In this document: one piece after another, positions 16,147-26,811 of the stretch
Position numbering within the stretch: position 1 is the stretch's first letter
How the letters are laid out: the number at the start of each line of letters is the position of its first letter
NCBI GenBank assembly: GCA_938003525.1
Contig: CALKYM010000304.1
Location: forward strand, 29,287 to 93,286
Direction: 5' to 3'
Length of the DNA: 64,000 bases
From: an uncultured Planctomycetales bacterium
GTDB lineage: Bacteria > Planctomycetota > Planctomycetia > Pirellulales > JAEUIK01
Notes under the pieces: generated by a model
The model's database searches: none
What the model was told of the DNA's origin: nothing
The model's input: the letters and a program-made list of their open reading frames with translations, nothing else
Translations under genes and position numbers: made by a program

Positions 16147-18999
16147 ATGTCAGTTCGCTTAACCGTCTACGCAGCGTTGGTGACGATCTTCCTTCCGACG
16201 GGGACAAACGCTGCGGCGCCTGAAATCACGGCAGTGCTGGAAAGTCCGCTGCTCGATCCGAATCAGCCGTTGGCCGACGCACAGCGGTTTACGCTGGCGC
16301 GGATTCCAGAAATCGAGCCGGTCGACTCGGCCGACGCGTGGACGGCCCGCGCGGATCAATGGCGCGAAGAAGTGTTGGACACGGTCGTCTTTCGTGGCCG
16401 CGCTGCCGGGTGGCGGGACGCGGAAACGCAGGTCGAGTGGCTCGATACGATTCCCGGAGGGCCCGGCTATCACATTCGCAAGCTGCGGTTCGAGGCGCTC
16501 CCCGGGTTGTGGATTCCCGCGCTGTTGTACGAGCCGGGCCAGTTTGACGGTCCGCTCAGCGTCGACGGGCGCGTGCCGGTCGTGCTCAACGTCAACGGGC
16601 ACGACGGCGACGGCAAGGTGGCCGAGTACAAACAGATTCGCTGTATCAATCAGGCGCGACGTGGAATGCTGGCCCTGAACGTCGAGTGGCTGGGTATGGG
16701 CCAGCTTCGCGGCGAAAGCTACGTGCACTACCGCTCGAATCAGATCGATCTCTGCGGAACCAGTGGACTGGCGCCTTTCTATCTCTCCATGTCGCGCGCG
16801 CTCGACCTGGCGCTCGCGCATCCCCACGCTGATCCCCAGCGCGTGGCCGTCGCGGGGCTCTCGGGCGGTGGCTGGCAGACAATCATCATCAGCGCGCTCG
16901 ATCCGCGCGTGACGCTCGCCAATCCCGTGGCCGGCTACAGCAGTTTTCGCACGCGGGCTCAGTACGTTTCGGACCTGGGCGATTCGGAGCAGACGCCCGT
17001 CGATCTGGCGACGATCGTCGATTACACGCACCTGACGGCGATGCGCGCACCGCGACCGACGCTGTTGACCTACAACGCCAAGGACAACTGTTGCTTCCGC
17101 GCCGATCATGCGCTGGAACCCTTGCTCGATGCAGCACGGCCGATCTTCGCGCTTTACGGACGCGAGCAGAATCTGGCCAGCCACGTGAATGAAGATCCCG
17201 GCGACCACAACTTCGGGCACGACAACCGGCTGGCCTTGTATCGCATGTTCGGTCAGCACTTCGTGCCTTCTGCCGCCACGTTCGACACCAGTGAGATTCC
17301 TTGTGAGGACGAGCTGAGGAGTGCAGACGAACTCCATGTGCCGCTCGAAGAGGGCAACGCGAACTTCAATACCTTGGCGCTGGAGTTGAGCGATCACCTG
17401 CCGCGGGAAGCCGCGATGCCGCAAACTGCCGAGGAGGCACCGCGCTGGCAGCAGCAGCGACGCGAACTATTGGCCCGGATCGTGAAGTATCACGAAGACG
17501 AAGCGACCGCTTTGCAACTTGGCACCGACTCCATCGATGACGTGCAGGTCGCCTATTGGAAGCTGCGGATCGGCGACGACTGGACGTTGCCGGTCGTTGA
17601 GTTCAGGCCCGCTGAGCCAGAAGGCCTGGCGCTCGTGATCGGCGACGAAGGACGCCAGGCGCAGGCCGACATCGTTGCGGCAAGACTCGCCCAGCAGCAG
17701 CGCGTGCTGGTCTGCGACGTCTTCGATCTCGGTGAAGCACAGGTCTCGGCGCGACCATTCTTGTGGGCCCTGCTCGTCTCTGCGGTGGGCGAGCGACCAT
17801 TGGGCGTGCAAGCGGGCCAGATTGCGGCCATCGCCCGTTGGGCGCACGCGCACTTCGAACCCGAGCGGCTCGACCTGATCTCTGGCGGTCCGCGCACGAG
17901 CGTGATGGCCTTGGTCGCAGCGGCGCTGGAAACCGACGCGATTGGCGCCGTGGCGCTGCACGACCCGCTGGGTAGTCTCCGGGAAGTCATCGAACGCAAC
18001 TGGGCCGTGAACGACTATCCCGAGTTGTTTTGCTTCGGCCTGTACGAGCACTTCGACGTGCACGACCTCGGCTTGCCCGTGGTGCCTCGTCCGATCACGG
18101 TGCACGAGGCGAGTCAGCGGGCGGCGAGTGAAATGCAGAGCTGGGACGAGGCTTACGCGCTGTATGCCATCGACCACGATCCCTTGGCCCAAACATCCGC
18201 ACACGCTGCGAATGGTGAACAGGCGGGCGTGCTGGTGGCGGGCATCGTGCTGAAGTGGCTTCGCGGCGAGAAGGATGCGAACTACGCACGGCTGGAACCG
18301 CTGGTTCGCTCGGCTGCCGCGGCGGGCGCCGAGATCATCTGTACGACGGAGTGCTTTCTCGACGGGTACGCCATCGCGGACAAGAGCATTCCGCTGGAAG
18401 AGTATCGGGCCCTCGGCGAGCGGATTCCCGATGGCCCCTACTTTCGCCGGCTGGCCGCGCTGGCTGACGAGCTGGATATCCATCTCGTCGCCGGGATGCT
18501 CGAAGCAGACGGAGAGCTGCGCTACAACACGGCGGTGATCATCGCGCCTGACGGCCGGCTGGCGGGCAAGTACCGCAAGCAGCGACTGGGACACGAGTCG
18601 GTGCGCAACACGGCGGGTGATGCCTCCGAGGTTTTCTCCTTACCGTATGGGAAACTCGGCGTGATGATTTGCGCGGATCGCCGCTATCGCGAGGTCGTGG
18701 ACGGATTCACGGAGCGCGGCGCGGAGTTTCTGCTGTGCCCCTCGGGCGGGATGTTTGGCGCCCGGCGCAACGACCCGATCGTGCAGTCGCGCTCGCGGGA
18801 GACCGGACGTTACATCGTGTTCGTGCATCCTGCAGAGTTTCTTGTCACCGCTCCGGGGGGCACGATTGCGGCACGTGAACTCGTCGGCGACCGGCTGGTG
18901 ATCCAGCGGCACGAAGTTGGCACGGCTGTGGACTCGTCGTTGGTGGGCTTTTTCCGCGTCCCGCTCCCCAGCGCAATACCAGCCGCAACGGGCAGATAA
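16147..18999 (+). CDS. Fusion protein: exported alpha/beta-hydrolase (acetyl-xylan-esterase-like) + second degenerate a/b-like region + C-terminal carbon-nitrogen hydrolase (nitrilase superfamily) domain
   Basis: The track start at 15973 is probably too long. ATG 16147 gives MSVRLTVYAALVTIFLPTGTNAAAPE, a signal peptide. Nucleophile elbow VAVAGLSGGGWQT. The nitrilase domain starts at about 18225 and has the Glu-Lys-Cys triad in context: CTTECFLDGY (E 18349-51), YRKQRLG (K 18577-79), GVMICADRRY (C 18669-71). Confidence 0.75.
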   Translation: MSVRLTVYAALVTIFLPTGTNAAAPEITAVLESPLLDPNQPLADAQRFTLARIPEIEPVDSADAWTARADQWREEVLDTVVFRGRAAGWRDAETQVEWLDTIPGGPGYHIRKLRFEALPGLWIPALLYEPGQFDGPLSVDGRVPVVLNVNGHDGDGKVAEYKQIRCINQARRGMLALNVEWLGMGQLRGESYVHYRSNQIDLCGTSGLAPFYLSMSRALDLALAHPHADPQRVAVAGLSGGGWQTIIISALDPRVTLANPVAGYSSFRTRAQYVSDLGDSEQTPVDLATIVDYTHLTAMRAPRPTLLTYNAKDNCCFRADHALEPLLDAARPIFALYGREQNLASHVNEDPGDHNFGHDNRLALYRMFGQHFVPSAATFDTSEIPCEDELRSADELHVPLEEGNANFNTLALELSDHLPREAAMPQTAEEAPRWQQQRRELLARIVKYHEDEATALQLGTDSIDDVQVAYWKLRIGDDWTLPVVEFRPAEPEGLALVIGDEGRQAQADIVAARLAQQQRVLVCDVFDLGEAQVSARPFLWALLVSAVGERPLGVQAGQIAAIARWAHAHFEPERLDLISGGPRTSVMALVAAALETDAIGAVALHDPLGSLREVIERNWAVNDYPELFCFGLYEHFDVHDLGLPVVPRPITVHEASQRAASEMQSWDEAYALYAIDHDPLAQTSAHAANGEQAGVLVAGIVLKWLRGEKDANYARLEPLVRSAAAAGAEIICTTECFLDGYAIADKSIPLEEYRALGERIPDGPYFRRLAALADELDIHLVAGMLEADGELRYNTAVIIAPDGRLAGKYRKQRLGHESVRNTAGDASEVFSLPYGKLGVMICADRRYREVVDGFTERGAEFLLCPSGGMFGARRNDPIVQSRSRETGRYIVFVHPAEFLVTAPGGTIAARELVGDRLVIQRHEVGTAVDSSLVGFFRVPLPSAIPAATGR

Positions 19000-19365
19000 G
19001 CCGGGTTTTTCCGCACTCCGCGATAGGTCGCCTGCGAGATCGGGTATCGGCTTATTGGTGTCTTCGCGGTCCTGTCACGTGTACAGGCTATGACGGCAGT
19101 GCCGGCTGTCGGGTGGCAAGCGGTCGCGCCTTGAGATTGGAATCTGCGGCGCCGAATAGAAGGCGGGGCAAACAGCTCGCGCCAGATGCACGAAAACCGA
19201 TGTGCTGACCAGACTTTCGCCTTCGGTAACGGCAACGAGCGCGGGGAGTTGGGCTCGCCACAAATGCCTGGACAAGGGCACGGGGCAACGTTGGCGGCCC
19301 GTAACGGAGAAAAACCACTCAGGCGATCGGTCCTCCGATCTACCGCCAGTGCGAAGGAGTGCACA

Positions 19366-20535
19366 ATGACTCGTCCTGTTCTCACCTCGTCCTGTCTGGC
19401 CCTGGCCTGGGGCCATTTAGCCTTCCTGGCGGCGTTGCCGGTCGGCGCTGAGGAAACCTCGCTCGCCAAACGCGCCGCCCGTATTCCCAGCGGAGCGGTG
19501 ATCGAACTGATCCAAGAGCGCTATTCCGACGGCGATGTGAAGATCGCCCGGGAAGTGACCCAAGATGTCGACGGCAACTACGTCAACCACGGCGAGTGGA
19601 AGATGTACGACCCGCAGGGCACGCTGGTCGCCGAGGGTGAGTACGCCGGCGGACAGCGCGACGGCACGTGGAATCGCTGGTACCGCCGCAATGAAGCGGC
19701 TCTGTTCTCCCAGGCTCCGTACGACAAGTTCGCCGAACCGTTCGTCTCGCAGATGACGTTCGACGCTGGCCGGCCTGACGGCGCATGGGTGATTTTTGAC
19801 GCCAACCAGCGCAAAGTGAGCGAGATCCACTTCACCGACGGGCAGCGCGACGGACAGGCGTCGTGGTGGTACGCGAATGGCAATCTGGCGCGAGTCATCG
19901 AATTCGCCGACGGCCGCATCAACGGGCTGTATAGCGAGTGGTCGGCCGATGGGACGCTCACCGCTCAGCAGACGTATCAGAACGGTCGCAAGCTGGCCAA
20001 GAAGATCGAGCACTTCGAGGTCGAGAAGGGCGCTCGCGGTCAGCGGCAAAAAGTGAAGAAGTCCGAAGGCACCTACCTTCACGCCGCCATGGTGCTGGAG
20101 ACCCCCGACAACTGGTGGAATGCCCAACTGGCCACATACTCGCGCGACGGCAATGACGAGCGTCATGGCCCTTGGGCGACGTGGTTCCGCAACGGTCAGC
20201 AACAGATCGCCGGACAGTACGAACACGACGTGCCCAGCGGCGACTTCACCTGGTGGTACTCTAACGGACAGATCGCCTCGCAAGGCGCGTACGAAGATGG
20301 CCATCCACAGGGCACCTGGGTCTGGTGGCACGAGAACGGCCAGAAGGCCACGCTCGGCGAATACGAGTTGGGCGAGCCGGTGGGCAAGTGGAACTGGTGG
20401 CAAGAGAACGGACGACTGGCCCGCGCCACGGACGTCGAGACCGAAGGCCACCCTTCATTGATGCCCGAGGAGGCGACCGCCGCTCAGCCGCAGGCGCCCG
20501 CCTTGATCGAACCGAATCAGATCCAGCGCCGCTAA
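19366..20535 (+). CDS. MORN-variant (YwqK-type) repeat protein, exported
   Basis: GAAGGAG lies upstream of ATG 19366, with signal peptide MTRPVLTSSCLALAWGHLAFLAALPVGA. Repeated units of the form G.W..Y..G.L..EG.Y..G.R.G.W, for example GEWKMYDPQGTLVAEGEYAGGQRDGTWNRWY. Confidence 0.75.
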   Translation: MTRPVLTSSCLALAWGHLAFLAALPVGAEETSLAKRAARIPSGAVIELIQERYSDGDVKIAREVTQDVDGNYVNHGEWKMYDPQGTLVAEGEYAGGQRDGTWNRWYRRNEAALFSQAPYDKFAEPFVSQMTFDAGRPDGAWVIFDANQRKVSEIHFTDGQRDGQASWWYANGNLARVIEFADGRINGLYSEWSADGTLTAQQTYQNGRKLAKKIEHFEVEKGARGQRQKVKKSEGTYLHAAMVLETPDNWWNAQLATYSRDGNDERHGPWATWFRNGQQQIAGQYEHDVPSGDFTWWYSNGQIASQGAYEDGHPQGTWVWWHENGQKATLGEYELGEPVGKWNWWQENGRLARATDVETEGHPSLMPEEATAAQPQAPALIEPNQIQRR

Positions 20536-20565
20536 GCGCTGAACCGGTCGCTGCCCGGATGCCAA

Positions 20566-20766
20566 CTATTCGCGATTGTGCGGGCCACGCAGTGGCGGGC
20601 CTGACGACGTCGCCGGAGCCTGGCCGTCAGCCGACTGCAGAAAGGCGTCGAGCGCCGCGTCGAGTCGCTCGGGCGAGTCGTAGGTACCCGCCGCGATCTC
20701 ACGGCGTATCTGTTCGATACGCGCCTGGCGGTCCGGATCGATCGGCTGGTCGTCGGGGCGATGCAT
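20566..20766 (-). CDS. FlgM-like anti-sigma-28 factor (tentative small ORF)
   Basis: MHRPDDQPIDPDRQARIEQIRREIAAGTYDSPERLDAALDAFL. The C-terminal I..I..G.Y......A..L pattern is the FlgM signature. An alternative upstream ATG lies at 20829. Confidence 0.5.
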   Translation of the reverse strand: MHRPDDQPIDPDRQARIEQIRREIAAGTYDSPERLDAALDAFLQSADGQAPATSSGPPLRGPHNRE

Positions 20767-20969
20767 GATAGGGCGATTGTGGCGGTCCGCCGGGCGAGGC
20801 GAACCGCCGCAGCGGCTGCGGATCTCCATCTACAACCTAGCATGGTACCCCTGGCGGGGGAACGATCGGAGTTGGCGCCCGGCGGCGGGCCGCGCTTGAC
20901 CCATCGCAACAGGGCGGTAGCTTCGCACGAAGTGATTCTCCCCCGCTCGCCCTGTTTCGGGGTACGTCG

Positions 20970-21911
20970 ATGCTGCAACGCAGTTCGTTGCGCTGGCCCA
21001 TCACGCTCGGCGTGGTGATGATCATCCTGCTGATCGCGCTGACGGTCGGCTGGGTGCTGCTGACCGTTGCGGCCGGTCGCGCCATACCGGGTGCGTTCTG
21101 GGTCGTGCTGGCGCTGGGGACGACGTTCCTGGCGCTGGTCCTCGTGGGCGTGGTGCTCTATCTGTTGCTGACGATCAAGGAAATACAACTCGGCCGTCGC
21201 CAGGCCAACTTCGTCGACAGCGTCACGCACGAGCTCAAGTCGCCCATCGCTTCGCTCAAGCTGTATCTGCAAACGCTGCGGATGCGGGCAGTGAGCCAGG
21301 ACGAACGCGAAAGCTTCACCCAATTCATGCTCGAAGACGTCGAGCGGCTCGATTCGCTGATCACGCATCTACTCGAAGCGGCGCGGCTCGACCAGCAGCG
21401 GCCGCAGGATGATGAGATCGTCGACGTCGACGTGGCCGGCGTGTTGCGCAACTGCGCGGAGAGCGGCTGTCAGCGCTATCGTCTGCCGGCGGATACGATT
21501 GAGCTCGAGTTGCAGTCCGGCTGCGTTCGCGCGCGACCGGTCGATCTGGAGATCATCTTTCGCAACCTGGTCGATAACGCGTTGAAGTACTCGGGCGACC
21601 AGCCGGAGATCGAAATCGAGTCGCGCGTCGATGGCGACGACACGGTATTGGTCCGCATCGCGGACAACGGCCCCGGCATCCCAGGTCCCATGCGGCGGAA
21701 AATCTTCTGGCGGTTCTTTCGCATCGGCAGCGAACTGGAGCGATCGAAGAGCGGCACCGGTTTGGGGCTGTTTATCGTGCGGACGCTCGTTCGCCGGCTC
21801 CGAGGCCGCATCACGGTTCGCGGGCGCGGCTCACAGCCCGGGACGGAGTTCGAGGTCGAGCTGCCGCTCAGCCGGCCAAGCCCCGTGGCCGAGGTAGCTG
21901 CCGAGGTGTGA
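20970..21911 (+). CDS. Sensor histidine kinase (two N-terminal TM helices, HisKA + HATPase_c), no adjacent response regulator
   Basis: H-box FVDSVTHELKSPIASL, N-box FRNLVDNALKY, G-boxes DNGPGIP and GTGLGLFIV. Confidence 0.9.
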   Translation: MLQRSSLRWPITLGVVMIILLIALTVGWVLLTVAAGRAIPGAFWVVLALGTTFLALVLVGVVLYLLLTIKEIQLGRRQANFVDSVTHELKSPIASLKLYLQTLRMRAVSQDERESFTQFMLEDVERLDSLITHLLEAARLDQQRPQDDEIVDVDVAGVLRNCAESGCQRYRLPADTIELELQSGCVRARPVDLEIIFRNLVDNALKYSGDQPEIEIESRVDGDDTVLVRIADNGPGIPGPMRRKIFWRFFRIGSELERSKSGTGLGLFIVRTLVRRLRGRITVRGRGSQPGTEFEVELPLSRPSPVAEVAAEV

Positions 21912-22074
21912 CATCGTGCCGCGACGCCGGGCGGCCGACCGCGCAAACTCGGTCGAGCCAGGATTGTGTCGCGCCGCGGGGCTGAGTATGCTTCGACCCG
22001 CACATCGATGCTTGGCCCCCGCACACTCTGCCGCCGGGCAACTTACAGAAAGAGGCGTATGCTAGGTTTTGCGT

Positions 22075-23322
22075 ATGATGCTCCTGCTCGATAGCACGAT
22101 TCTGCTGGTCGCTCTGGCCGGGCATGTGGCGGCATTGATCGTTGTGCTCAATCACGTCCATTCGGCGCGGTTGAGGCTATGGGTCATCGACGCCATTACC
22201 TACACCTGCGAAGCAACCGTACTGGTGGCCGTGGGCTGCTGGGGATGGTGGTTCGCCCTCCACGGTTTTGGCGTGCTGGCACGTGCGGGACTGGCCCCGC
22301 TGCCAGCATGGTGCGTGGCCTATCTCGGACTATTCGGTCTCGTGGGCGCGACAGCCGTGCCGCTGTGGCTCTATCGCCGGGTGAACGCCACGAGCCCGGA
22401 ATTGTTGACGAACGACGCCCGACGCTACCACGACATCAAGCGGCATCTCGGGCGGCTGCCGGTCCGGCGGGGGCGCGACGCCCTGATGGCCCGTCTGCCG
22501 GGCAATGAAGTCCATCGCCTCGAACTCAGCGATCGCACGATCGAGTTGCCGCGGCTACGGCCGCAGCTCGACGGGCTCTCGATTGCACATCTTTCCGATG
22601 TGCACTTCAACGGCGTCATGCAGCAAGACTACTACGAAGAGGTCGTGCGGCTAACCAACGCCATGGCGCCCGACTTGATCGCCGTGACGGGTGACATCGC
22701 GGATCGCGAAGAATATCTCGACTGGATCCCGCAGACGCTGGGCAAACTCGTGGCGCCGTGCGGTGTCTACTTCATCTTTGGCAATCACGACTGGATCCTG
22801 GGCAAGATGACGGCCGCCCGAGAGGCGATCATGGCTGCCGGGCATACCTATTTAGGCGGGAGCTGGTTCTCGCTCGACGTCGCCGGACAACCGGTCGTAC
22901 TCGCCGGCAACGAAGCGCCCTGGTTTCCCGCGCCGCTCAGCCATGCCTACCCAAGCGAGAACGGTAGCGGGCGCCCGCTGAAGATTCTGCTGGCGCACTC
23001 TCCCGACCAATACCTCTGGGCGCGGCAGCACGACTTCGACTTGATGCTGGCCGGGCATACTCACGGCGGGCAAGTCGCGCTGCCGCGGCTGGGACCGCTG
23101 TTTGCCGCCAGTCGCACCGGCACGCAATACGCAGCCGGAACGTATTACAAACCGCCCACGGTGCTGCACACCAGCCGAGGGATCTCGAGCAACACGCCGC
23201 TGCGCTACAATGCCCCGCCGGAGCTGACCAAGATCGTGTTGCGGCCGCCCGTCGAGCGACGGATGAGCGTCGAGCGCGAAGTTGCCGAGCCCGCCGGAGC
23301 CTTTCCGCGCGAGCAGGGATAG
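22075..23322 (+). CDS. Membrane-anchored metallophosphoesterase (calcineurin-like), paralogue 1
   Basis: The track start at 22069 is TTG; ATG lies at 22075. N-terminal TM helices. Metallophosphoesterase blocks: IAHLSDVHF, AVTGDIAD, FGNHD, LLAHSPDQ, LAGHTHGGQ. Clearly alignable with 37712..38944. Confidence 0.85.
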   Translation: MMLLLDSTILLVALAGHVAALIVVLNHVHSARLRLWVIDAITYTCEATVLVAVGCWGWWFALHGFGVLARAGLAPLPAWCVAYLGLFGLVGATAVPLWLYRRVNATSPELLTNDARRYHDIKRHLGRLPVRRGRDALMARLPGNEVHRLELSDRTIELPRLRPQLDGLSIAHLSDVHFNGVMQQDYYEEVVRLTNAMAPDLIAVTGDIADREEYLDWIPQTLGKLVAPCGVYFIFGNHDWILGKMTAAREAIMAAGHTYLGGSWFSLDVAGQPVVLAGNEAPWFPAPLSHAYPSENGSGRPLKILLAHSPDQYLWARQHDFDLMLAGHTHGGQVALPRLGPLFAASRTGTQYAAGTYYKPPTVLHTSRGISSNTPLRYNAPPELTKIVLRPPVERRMSVEREVAEPAGAFPREQG

Positions 23323-23359
23323 CGACAGGCAGTGGCGCGGAATGTGAATGCGCTCACTC

Positions 23360-25441
<2,082 letters not shown>

Positions 25442-25931
25442 GGTCAGAATCCGGGTAGGGGAAGCAGTTCCGCCGCAGCGCGCATCGATGAGCCTGATGG
25501 CATACCACCCCACACGGGGGATGCCGTCGACTGGCATCGATACTCTCGGGAGCGGGGTCGCCAGAAGCGGTTCGACCCCGGCAGCTATCCCGACGCTCCA
25601 TCCTCGGGCGACTGCGCGGCGGGCTCATCCGTCGATCGTCCGAACAATCCTAATCCATTTCGACGTTACGACTAGGCCAAATTCACTTGTGCTCGGGCGA
25701 ATGCGGGATGGCCGCGCGGAGCAGTGCATGCATCGTCGTTGGCCGCGGCCTCGCCAGCGGCTCCCGATGTGCCCCCGAATCGTTGACTCATGTGCCTACC
25801 CTATCTAGCCTTATGCGACTCCCGGGTAGGCCCTGCAGCCGATGTTCATGGGCCACCTTGGAAGAGCCGCGAGAGACGGTTGCCCCAGTGTGCGGTAACC
25901 GAGAACTAACGAATCGCAAGCGGGGTGATCG

Positions 25932-26747
25932 ATGGAGCAGCCGGCAGACACGACGGGCGACAGCACGACTGCTGCCGGCGCGGCAGACGCATCGCTCTTG
26001 GGCCGCTACCCGTGGCTGGTGTTCGTGGCGCCTTTCGTGGTTTACATGCTGGCCAACTCCCTGGAACCAGCGCCACCCAAAGGCGATGCGGGCGAGGAAG
26101 CGACGACCGGCCTCCTGAATCTCAGCTACGACCAATATCCGCTGGTGTACTGCGGCAAGATCGTCGTGACCCTGGTGGTGATCGCGCTGCTCTGGCGCGG
26201 CTATCGCGCGTTTCCGCTGCGCGTCAGCATGTGGGGATTGGGAGTGGGCGCGCTGGGTGGTGTGCTGTGGATAGCCCTCTGTCAGCCGCCCGTGCAAGAG
26301 GCGATGCGCGATCTGTGGACATCCGTGGGGATGGGCAGCTTCGTCGACACCGGGCTACGGAGCGGCTTCGATCCGCTGACCGAGATGGCAGACACGCCCG
26401 TGTGGGCGTATGCATTTCTCGCCGTGCGGTTCGCCGGGCTGGTCGTGGTGGTGCCCTGGATCGAGGAGTTCTTCTGGCGGGGCTTTCTGGTTCGCTTTCT
26501 GGCAGGCGTGAACTGGGAAACCATCCCTTTCGGCAGCTATCACCTGGGGCCGCTGGTCATCACGACCGTGGCTTTCGCGCTGGCGCATCCGCTGACTGAG
26601 TTTCCGGCAGCGGTCACGTGGTTCGCGCTAGTGAGTTGGGTGATGATCAGCACCCGCAACATCTACGACTGCATCGTCGCCCATGCGGTGACCAACCTGA
26701 TGGTCGGCATCTATGTCGTGGCCACCAGCGCGTGGTACCTGATGTAG
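25932..26747 (+). CDS. CPBP-family (CAAX-protease-like) intramembrane glutamic endopeptidase
   Basis: Multiple TM helices. Motif 1: PWIEEFFWRGFL (EExxxR). Motif 2: FALAHP (FxxxH). Motif 3: VAHAVTN. Confidence 0.85.
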   Translation: MEQPADTTGDSTTAAGAADASLLGRYPWLVFVAPFVVYMLANSLEPAPPKGDAGEEATTGLLNLSYDQYPLVYCGKIVVTLVVIALLWRGYRAFPLRVSMWGLGVGALGGVLWIALCQPPVQEAMRDLWTSVGMGSFVDTGLRSGFDPLTEMADTPVWAYAFLAVRFAGLVVVVPWIEEFFWRGFLVRFLAGVNWETIPFGSYHLGPLVITTVAFALAHPLTEFPAAVTWFALVSWVMISTRNIYDCIVAHAVTNLMVGIYVVATSAWYLM

Positions 26748-26811
26748 CGCACTGCGAACGCGCGACGCGCAAGGGAAGTGGCATTCCGCCTGGTGTGAAC
26801 GCCGGTGGCGA

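Noticed and set aside
20532-21368. 278-aa minus-strand ORF overlapping the histidine kinase start
   Set aside because: It overlaps 400 nt of a confident HK gene, and it is Arg/Gln/Pro/Ala-rich with no motif. Only the different-frame short FlgM-like ORF at its 3' end looks protein-like.
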